Source: an uncultured virus (IMG/VR IMGVR_UViG_3300032278_000001) (taxonomy: Duplodnaviria > Heunggongvirae > Uroviricota > Caudoviricetes). From it: a DNA stretch of 64,000 bases. The stretch lies in IMG/VR virus record IMGVR_UViG_3300032278_000001; one strand, given 5' to 3'. The notes under the pieces are model-generated. The model was not told the DNA's origin, made no database searches, and saw only the letters and a list, made by a program, of their open reading frames with translations. Position 1 is the stretch's first letter, and every line of letters begins with the position of its first letter. A program made the translations under genes and the position numbers. Of this stretch, positions 57,232-64,000 are shown piece after piece.

Positions 57232-58413
57232 TTATTCAGGTGAATATGTTAATTCACATATTTCACCTTTTGTTGGACTATGGAGAGATAATACTCCTGA
57301 TCTCTTAGATCCTATGAATTTATTATGATAATGGTAATAATCTGTACGTGAAAGACTAGGTAAGATCTTAAGCATAAAACCTGTCTTTTCATGTTCAGTT
57401 ATATATTCTATTTTCTTTTTATGGTGGTAATGTCCTGTATATAATGTTCTGTATAATGTTTTTCCCCATTGTCTAGGATATTCCATTGAATAAACTAATA
57501 ATGAATTCTTAGTATTAACATCACCATGTTCAAAAGCAAAGAAATTATCTTCATATACAAATACTTTTCTTTCTAAATATATAGTATCCCAGAGAATTGA
57601 TGGATTATCAAAACACTTAGATAAAGCATGAGCTAAATGAAATGATGATAATCTATCATGATTACCTGGTATATAGATAACCTGCAATTCATCACAAAAC
57701 TGTTTAATATAGTTGATACTCCACTGTAATGCATCAAAAGCTTGTGTATAAGCCTCTGTAGCTGTCATACAGTTATCTAAAGGTGTTCCAGCAGTGGTAG
57801 TCCCACTCCAAGTATCCATGTTGATTACATCACCTCCTATGACATAATATAGTTTTTCTAAATGATGAGAATTTGACGCTCTCTGTATTAAATCTTTTAT
57901 TGTTTCTTCAAAACATTTATCAATAGTTTCATTTCCTTCTTTGCCAAAGTGTATATCTTGTAATGATAAAACTCCAGCTGTTTTAATTTTACCTGGAGTT
58001 TCTATTCTTTTTACTTCTTTATATTTTTTTGGTTTAAAACCTTTTAATAATTCAGCAACATTATCTACTTCATTATCTTTTAATTTAGTAACCATTGCAG
58101 ATACCCTCCAATGATCACCCATTTGTTTATTCCAATAGCTAGATAATTTCCATTGAGTTATATCAATATTTAATATCTCAATTATTTCTTCAGGTGATTT
58201 TGGTTCTGAAGCACTCATTGCTTCCATTTTTGCTTCACCTTTCTCTAAATTATACTCATATGATGTTGATGAGTTCTCTAGTAATTCTTGTGATTTCACA
58301 TAATCCTTTAATTTGTCGTAATCTTCTACTGTAATATCTAGTTTTTCTGCACAGTAATCAGAAGTTTTTTTCCATTTGAATGATGCCTTAATTTTGCTAA
58401 ATAATGAGTCCAT
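57232..58413 (-). CDS. Calcineurin-like metallophosphoesterase
   Basis: DIHFG, GGD, PGNHD, EHGD and GHYHH motifs. Confidence 0.88.
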   Translation of the reverse strand: MDSLFSKIKASFKWKKTSDYCAEKLDITVEDYDKLKDYVKSQELLENSSTSYEYNLEKGEAKMEAMSASEPKSPEEIIEILNIDITQWKLSSYWNKQMGDHWRVSAMVTKLKDNEVDNVAELLKGFKPKKYKEVKRIETPGKIKTAGVLSLQDIHFGKEGNETIDKCFEETIKDLIQRASNSHHLEKLYYVIGGDVINMDTWSGTTTAGTPLDNCMTATEAYTQAFDALQWSINYIKQFCDELQVIYIPGNHDRLSSFHLAHALSKCFDNPSILWDTIYLERKVFVYEDNFFAFEHGDVNTKNSLLVYSMEYPRQWGKTLYRTLYTGHYHHKKKIEYITEHEKTGFMLKILPSLSRTDYYHYHNKFIGSKRSGVLSLHSPTKGEICELTYSPE

Positions 58414-58441
58414 TTATAGTTTTTTAATGATTAATATGCTG

Positions 58442-58449
58442 CAAAGATA
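58442..58449 (-). promoter_or_regulatory. Bacteroidota -7 promoter element TATCTTTG
   Basis: Exact TAnnTTTG ending 28 nt upstream of the phosphoesterase ATG. Confidence 0.65.
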
Positions 58450-58465
58450 TAAAAAAAAATAATAT

Positions 58466-58499
58466 AAAAGAAAGAGGCCCAGTGTTAACCCTGAGCCTC
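58466..58499 (-). terminator. Rho-independent terminator
   Basis: Minus strand GAGGCTCAG-GGTTAACA-CTGGGCCTC-TTTCTTTT: 9-bp stem with one G-U pair, then a U tract. Confidence 0.85.
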
Positions 58500-58548
58500 A
58501 TACAATTAAGTTTAGGAAAACCAATAAACCTTCACTTTCTTGTTTTCT

Positions 58549-59082
58549 TTATACTGTTAATGTTGTTGCATATATTTCAACTGATTCACATAATCCATTT
58601 ACTACTCTAAACATATAATCTGTGTTAGGTGCTAATAATGTTATTTCATGTGAAACTGTTCCAGCAGGTATAGATGATGCTGCAGTAGTCCATCCTCCTG
58701 ATAGAACTTGTTTATATTGTAGATCTACTACAGCTGCAGGAGGTAATCCTGACCATACAACTGTTACTGTTGTTGAAGTAATGGCTGATATATATATAAG
58801 TGATGCGGCTGTATCTACACAAGCTGGATCTTTTATAAATAATGCTATATTTTGTAATATCTCATTTAGTCTTGTTCCTGTTTCAATCATGAATGTGTTT
58901 GATCCAACATCAACACTAAATGTTTCATCACAATATGAAACACATTCTGCACATTGAATATCCTCACATTGTTCTGCTGTTGATTCTCTACAATCACTAT
59001 ATACACATGGTGTAGTTAGTGAATGATCTGCACAACCACATTTTAATTTATTACATATACTACTATTACAATGACAACCCAT
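58549..59082 (-). CDS. Cys-rich protein with fibronectin type III domain
   Basis: ITSTTVTVVW...LAPNTDYMFRV FN3 pattern; Cys-rich N-terminus. Confidence 0.75.
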   Translation of the reverse strand: MGCHCNSSICNKLKCGCADHSLTTPCVYSDCRESTAEQCEDIQCAECVSYCDETFSVDVGSNTFMIETGTRLNEILQNIALFIKDPACVDTAASLIYISAITSTTVTVVWSGLPPAAVVDLQYKQVLSGGWTTAASSIPAGTVSHEITLLAPNTDYMFRVVNGLCESVEIYATTLTV

Positions 59083-59099
59083 TTTATTTTATTTTATTA

Positions 59100-60281
59100 T
59101 TAAACACAAGCTTCACCTCCAGCATCACATGTTGTATTACCAGTCCAATGTGGATATGTTGTGCTATATTTTGCAACTATTGTATTTCCACCAGGACATA
59201 TTGCATACCATTGATCATTTGTAAGTTCAGTTGTCATAGTAGACTCTAAGTATGCTTTAACATTTGTATCAAATAATATACCACTACTATTCCATATTGC
59301 ATAACATGCTGCTGCTACATCTCCTTCTGGTGCTGCTGCTGTACATGCTGCACTACAAGTTGCTCCATTCATATATAATGTTGATGCATCAAGCATTCTA
59401 TAACTTCCTGAAGATGATGAACAACAATTATTTTCAATTACTGCAATACGTGCTTCAAGACTTTGAGAATATTCTCTTAAATCATCTGCCACTGCCCATG
59501 CATTAGCAAGACTCTGTCCTGCAACTGTTGGATTTGCATCATAAGATGCAGGCCAACTCGCTTTAATAAGTGGTTGTAAGTTTGCTGGTTGTGCACTAAC
59601 CGCAGTATTCCAAGTTCCAACTTCTCCAGTTGCAGATCTAAATGTTACATAGTCAGTATCTAATGCATCTAGTAATGTATCAATAGGATATGTTTGACCA
59701 GCTGTAACTGCTCCTCCAGCTAAATTACCAGCTGCTACTCTTGTTGGAGTTGTATATTCCCCTTGAGCTTCTAATGCTGTTATTCTTTGTTCATTTCCAG
59801 TAATTTGTGCTTGTAATAGAGCAATCTGATCCTGTATATCACAAATTAATACAGCTAAGAAATTAATATAATCATGCAATGACATTACTTCCTGAGTTGT
59901 TTGTTCTCTAAGACATTCAGCTACTGTTATCGGACACTTCATTACATCAGAACAATCAAAATCACCATGTCCTGTACTTGTACTTCCTCCTATATTATTA
60001 ATTATTAATTGAATAAGTTCTTCTAAGGTAGTAGCTGGTCCACCATCTAAGGTTGTTTGATTTATAACATCTATATCAAAAGCATTAATTGATGCTTCTT
60101 CACAACATACTACAAGTTGTTCACATAAAGCAGCAATAACATTACTTATAGTATCACCATGGCATACATCAACACATGTTAAATCTGGTCCTTGCCATAC
60201 AACACAATTAGATGAAATTGCCTCACATCCACTCATATCATTGGTATTATTATTACTTGCTGAAGAATTACTTGCTATCAT
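59100..60281 (-). CDS. Cys-rich coiled-coil protein, putative tail fibre component
   Basis: ISSNCVVWQGPDLTC N-terminus; heptad segments IALLQAQITGNEQRITALE and LEARIAVIE. Confidence 0.6.
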   Translation of the reverse strand: MIASNSSASNNNTNDMSGCEAISSNCVVWQGPDLTCVDVCHGDTISNVIAALCEQLVVCCEEASINAFDIDVINQTTLDGGPATTLEELIQLIINNIGGSTSTGHGDFDCSDVMKCPITVAECLREQTTQEVMSLHDYINFLAVLICDIQDQIALLQAQITGNEQRITALEAQGEYTTPTRVAAGNLAGGAVTAGQTYPIDTLLDALDTDYVTFRSATGEVGTWNTAVSAQPANLQPLIKASWPASYDANPTVAGQSLANAWAVADDLREYSQSLEARIAVIENNCCSSSSGSYRMLDASTLYMNGATCSAACTAAAPEGDVAAACYAIWNSSGILFDTNVKAYLESTMTTELTNDQWYAICPGGNTIVAKYSTTYPHWTGNTTCDAGGEACV

Positions 60282-60309
60282 ATTTATTTTAATTATCTAG
60301 TATACATTA

Positions 60310-60323
60310 ATAATATACAAATT
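60310..60323 (-). promoter_or_regulatory. Putative late promoter motif variant AATTTGTATATTAT
   Basis: Matches the repeated motif; upstream of the 60281 ATG. Confidence 0.5.
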
Positions 60324-60370
60324 ATTAATGATACAACCAAGTTATTTATTTTGTTTATTATCTTTTCATG

Positions 60371-63300
60371 TTATACAAATGTTACACCTGCGTCAATAGT
60401 TGGATTCCCACCTCCAGATGTGTATGTGGTCTCTGCATATCCACCTACACTTGGATCATCAACAGTAATAGTAGTTAGATTATTAGAAATTGTTTGAAGC
60501 TCAGGGTTAGCACCCATGTTAATATTATTTCCATTTGCTATATTAAGGTATGTTAACTGATTTGATTGACAATTCAAAGTAGTTAAAGAAGTACAACTAC
60601 TTGCATCAATGCTTGTTAATGCACAACCATTAACCAGAATACTATCTAAAGCAGGATTATTACTTATATCAATACTTGTCATGTTTGGATTATTAAAAGC
60701 CTGTAAAAGAACTAAAGCAGGATTATTACTTAGATCTAAGCTTGTGAGTTGATTCTGATAAATTCTCAATTCTTCTAAAAGAGGATTATTGCTTAGATCA
60801 ATGGTTGTTAAGCTATTAGCATAAATTTGTAATTCTATTAAATTTACATTCTGACTTACATTAAGAGTGGTAAGATTAATACTGCAGCACACATGTAAAT
60901 CCTCTAAGGCAGTAAAATCTTGTAATCCTGTCATGTCTGAAATACCATGTGGATCAGGGGTAGTGATGCCATTACAAACAAATGTAGTTAGAGTATTAAT
61001 ATCAGATGTTAAAACATAACATGAATTTATATCACCATTATACCACGTAGGTGACTCTGCATTATCTAACCTTTCTCTAAAATTAGCGTCAGGAATATAA
61101 GTGTAACCAGATGGTGGATCACAAGGCTCTAGTGTATTGAATGTTACACCTCCATCAATTATTCCTAATGCTGTTGTCCAAGCACCTGTACAATAGGCAG
61201 GATCATCAACTGAAATTTCAGTAAAACTATTACCTGTGAACTTTAAATTCATATCATTAATAGGTACCATATTCAGATTATTCCCATTTTGAATATTGAG
61301 ACATAGCATACTATTATTCTCACACCTTGCTTTAGTTAAAAGAATGTTATAGCTTAGATCCAATACCTGAATTTGATTAGAACGGCAATTCAAATCAGTT
61401 AAAGCAGGATTATTACTTAAATCAAGGGTTGTGAGTTGATTACCTTCACAATTCAAAAGCTGGAGAACGGAAAGATTACTTATCCATAGACTTGATAATC
61501 CTGAATTAGAATTTACCTTCAGATGATAAATTAGAGGATTAGTACTAAAATCAAAACTTGGAATTAAGTTATGGTTAATCTGGAGATTTTCTAATAAAGT
61601 ATTATTAGTTGTATCCAAACTAGTGAGATCATTAACACTTGCAATTAGTATTGTTAAAACAGTCTGAACACTTATATCAAGGCTATTCATTCTATTAGTA
61701 GTATTCCCAATGACTTGTTCTGCTACACCTATGTACTCAATTAAAGGATTTTGACTTATATCAACTTCTGTTGTATTATCACCCATGCTTGCAATTTTGT
61801 TACCTCTAACTCTAAGCCAAACTAAAAGAGGACATTGAGTTACGTCAACAGTTGTGAGGTTATTATATGTACATATAAAGTGTTCTAAAAGAGGATTTTG
61901 AGTAAAATCAAGAATTGTTAGTATACCATAATCTATTCTAACATAACTCAATTCTGGATTACCATTAAAGTCAATCGTAGGAACACTATAGTAGTAATTA
62001 AGCACTCCCCTCATTTCAAAGTGTGTTAATAAACTAAGTGTGTCTATAAAAGAAGTAACACTTGTAAAAGTATTATTCATTCCGGTATCATTACTATTAG
62101 CTACAAAAGTAGTTAAACCCACCATATCTTGAAGTCCTGTTAAATCAGCAACTCCCTTATCAGTTAAATTTAAAGTTGCAAAATTATCTATCTCAGATGT
62201 AAAACAATACTCACCACCTGCTACTGTACCTGTTATATCCCACCAACCAGAAACTTGACTAATATTAGTTAAATGAGTTCTAAAATTTTGATCAGGTACC
62301 CATGTCATTTCGTTATCATATTCACAACAACCATCATCAATATAGTTAAATCCTGTATAAAGCTCACCTAAAGGGTTACTCCCTATAAATTCATAATCAT
62401 TACAATCAAAATTATAATTTGTAGCTAATACATCTGTACATGCCATATATACACATGAACCATCATTAATTACTGCTGCAGCGTTATAGTTAAATCCACC
62501 AGGAGTAATTGCTGGTGATACACCGTTACAATAGAAAGTATTGTAGAGAGAGGCTTCATATATATAACCACAATCCATACAACCAGGTAGCTGTGTAGGA
62601 TACTCACAAGTAGTACCATCATCACAAGTAGCTAATGGGTTGTAGTTAGAAGCTAAAATATCACAACATCCAGGTGTTGTATTATTTGTAGAATTACAAG
62701 GTTCACATTCAAGATCACAACAATTATCTCCAGACATTTCACATTCAATTTTATTATTATGTGTACCTGCAGGATCCTCTATACACTCACAGTCAGTACC
62801 TGTACATATACAATTTGAGCTGCTACACCACAATACCCAATCTGTTGACCACTCACCATTAAATTGAGTTAATGCTACTAGAACTTGTGCATAAGTCATA
62901 CCACCATCAACATTCCATCCAGGTAAACTAATATCACCCAATGCCATCAGAGCATTCCAAGTTGTTGCACTAATTGTAGAACCTGATCCAATATTATTAT
63001 CTGTAAGTTGAAACAAATTTGAATACCAGTAGTAGTCACCAGGATCATCACATGGGCATCCATCTTGACCTACAGGTGTAAGTGGCTGACAAAACTTATA
63101 TGTTGATATATCAGCCGAATGTAAAGGAGCATCAATAAGATATTCTATTAAATCATTACAACTATCAATATTTAATTCACCAGCTGGTATAGTCTTGGAC
63201 TCACACGAGTCAGAGGTTGCAGTTCCCTCCTGACATAACCACTTATATTCACATGAACCATCATCTATTGTTGCTTGTGGGTCATAGTTTGTTGCTAATG

Positions 63301-64000
63301 GATCCATACAACCAAGATAGTTACAACAACTTGTATCTCCATAACCTGCTGTAGGGACTTCACATGGATCTGCACAATCTCCATTAGCTGATAGATTGTA
63401 GTTAGATGCAGCAGGATCTAAACATCCACATATGTTTCCACAACAATTAGCAGAAGTTTCACAATCATTTTGATCATCATATTGTCCATTACCAGAAACA
63501 TCTTCTATACATGTACATCCTTGTGCATCTGTACAAGTGCACCATCCCCAACCCATACCAAGAAAAGCTTTCATTGGTAATCCTTGAAGATCAACATAAG
63601 TCATACCAGCAGTAACTCCAGGAACACTATTAGAAATAAGATCATTAACAAAACCAGTCCATGTTTGAGTTACAGTTCCAAGAATGACTGTACCTGCTTG
63701 ATCATCATAAAAATGTTCAATATTAAAATAATAATTTCCGGTAGGACCACCTCCATTATCTCCACATGGACATACCCAGGTATTTGCATTGGGATACATA
63801 TATGTACTACAGAAATATAAATCTTGAGCTGCAACATTAGGATATGTTGTAGATATTAGAACGCTCCAATTATATGGAGTACTTGTATCAGTAGGATTAC
63901 CTGTTGTTATGTCTGTAGCACCCAATTCCTCACAATAATTTATAGTTGTTATACCACCATCCTCACATTGACAAAACTCCCACTCAATCTCCATAGTATA
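60371..64000 (-). CDS. Large Cys-rich-repeat and leucine-rich-repeat protein (probably 5'-truncated by the window)
   Basis: Frame is open to the window edge (TAT ACT ATG); GCxDxxAxNY...DDGSC repeats; two LRR blocks (LTTLDLSNNPALTDLNC) each headed by TxxPDxNFR. Confidence 0.85.
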   Translation of the reverse strand, partial: YTMEIEWEFCQCEDGGITTINYCEELGATDITTGNPTDTSTPYNWSVLISTTYPNVAAQDLYFCSTYMYPNANTWVCPCGDNGGGPTGNYYFNIEHFYDDQAGTVILGTVTQTWTGFVNDLISNSVPGVTAGMTYVDLQGLPMKAFLGMGWGWCTCTDAQGCTCIEDVSGNGQYDDQNDCETSANCCGNICGCLDPAASNYNLSANGDCADPCEVPTAGYGDTSCCNYLGCMDPLATNYDPQATIDDGSCEYKWLCQEGTATSDSCESKTIPAGELNIDSCNDLIEYLIDAPLHSADISTYKFCQPLTPVGQDGCPCDDPGDYYWYSNLFQLTDNNIGSGSTISATTWNALMALGDISLPGWNVDGGMTYAQVLVALTQFNGEWSTDWVLWCSSSNCICTGTDCECIEDPAGTHNNKIECEMSGDNCCDLECEPCNSTNNTTPGCCDILASNYNPLATCDDGTTCEYPTQLPGCMDCGYIYEASLYNTFYCNGVSPAITPGGFNYNAAAVINDGSCVYMACTDVLATNYNFDCNDYEFIGSNPLGELYTGFNYIDDGCCEYDNEMTWVPDQNFRTHLTNISQVSGWWDITGTVAGGEYCFTSEIDNFATLNLTDKGVADLTGLQDMVGLTTFVANSNDTGMNNTFTSVTSFIDTLSLLTHFEMRGVLNYYYSVPTIDFNGNPELSYVRIDYGILTILDFTQNPLLEHFICTYNNLTTVDVTQCPLLVWLRVRGNKIASMGDNTTEVDISQNPLIEYIGVAEQVIGNTTNRMNSLDISVQTVLTILIASVNDLTSLDTTNNTLLENLQINHNLIPSFDFSTNPLIYHLKVNSNSGLSSLWISNLSVLQLLNCEGNQLTTLDLSNNPALTDLNCRSNQIQVLDLSYNILLTKARCENNSMLCLNIQNGNNLNMVPINDMNLKFTGNSFTEISVDDPAYCTGAWTTALGIIDGGVTFNTLEPCDPPSGYTYIPDANFRERLDNAESPTWYNGDINSCYVLTSDINTLTTFVCNGITTPDPHGISDMTGLQDFTALEDLHVCCSINLTTLNVSQNVNLIELQIYANSLTTIDLSNNPLLEELRIYQNQLTSLDLSNNPALVLLQAFNNPNMTSIDISNNPALDSILVNGCALTSIDASSCTSLTTLNCQSNQLTYLNIANGNNINMGANPELQTISNNLTTITVDDPSVGGYAETTYTSGGGNPTIDAGVTFV

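Noticed and set aside
9553..63820. Many short plus-strand and alternative-frame ORFs in the track
   Set aside because: They lie within long genes, mostly antisense, and have atypical composition; treated as shadow ORFs.
9278..64000. Stop-codon reassignment, known in some crAss-like phages
   Set aside because: Very long ORFs are intact in the standard code, and TAG and TGA are used as real stops (e.g. 44552, 3275).
1..64000. tRNA genes, integrase, transposase or DGR reverse transcriptase
   Set aside because: None recognised; intergenic gaps are short and no relevant motifs were seen, though a by-eye scan could miss a tRNA.

Overview
AT-rich bacteriophage DNA, most likely a crAss-like (Crassvirales-related) phage of an aquatic Bacteroidota/Flavobacteriales host. 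The window covers the late/virion module, almost all on the minus strand, in standard genetic code. From right to left: Cys-rich, LRR and FN3 fibre-like proteins; a metallophosphoesterase cassette; IHF/HU-like, tail ring and tail stabilisation (muzzle-like) genes; four large putative cargo proteins; a 5806-aa virion RNA polymerase polyprotein (DFDID catalytic motif); a 1875-aa protein with a PD-(D/E)XK domain; a convergent plus-strand pair (class II ribonucleotide reductase, SET-domain protein); then a minus-strand cluster of small genes (holin, outer-membrane beta-barrel, T9SS-type secreted protein, ferredoxin, thioredoxin-fold protein). Most notable: (1) a recurring [KRV]YG[GK]xLP[KR][AF]Q / YKxGG peptide motif that punctuates three adjacent cargo proteins at domain boundaries, suggesting polyprotein processing or capsid sorting; (2) the vRNAP carries zincin, GNAT, P-loop kinase, UVR-like and NADAR-like domains; (3) a conserved intergenic motif resembling a variant Bacteroidota -7 promoter; (4) an unrecognised Cys-rich domain shared by two genes 60 kb apart. 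All assignments come from reading motifs by eye; no searches were run.
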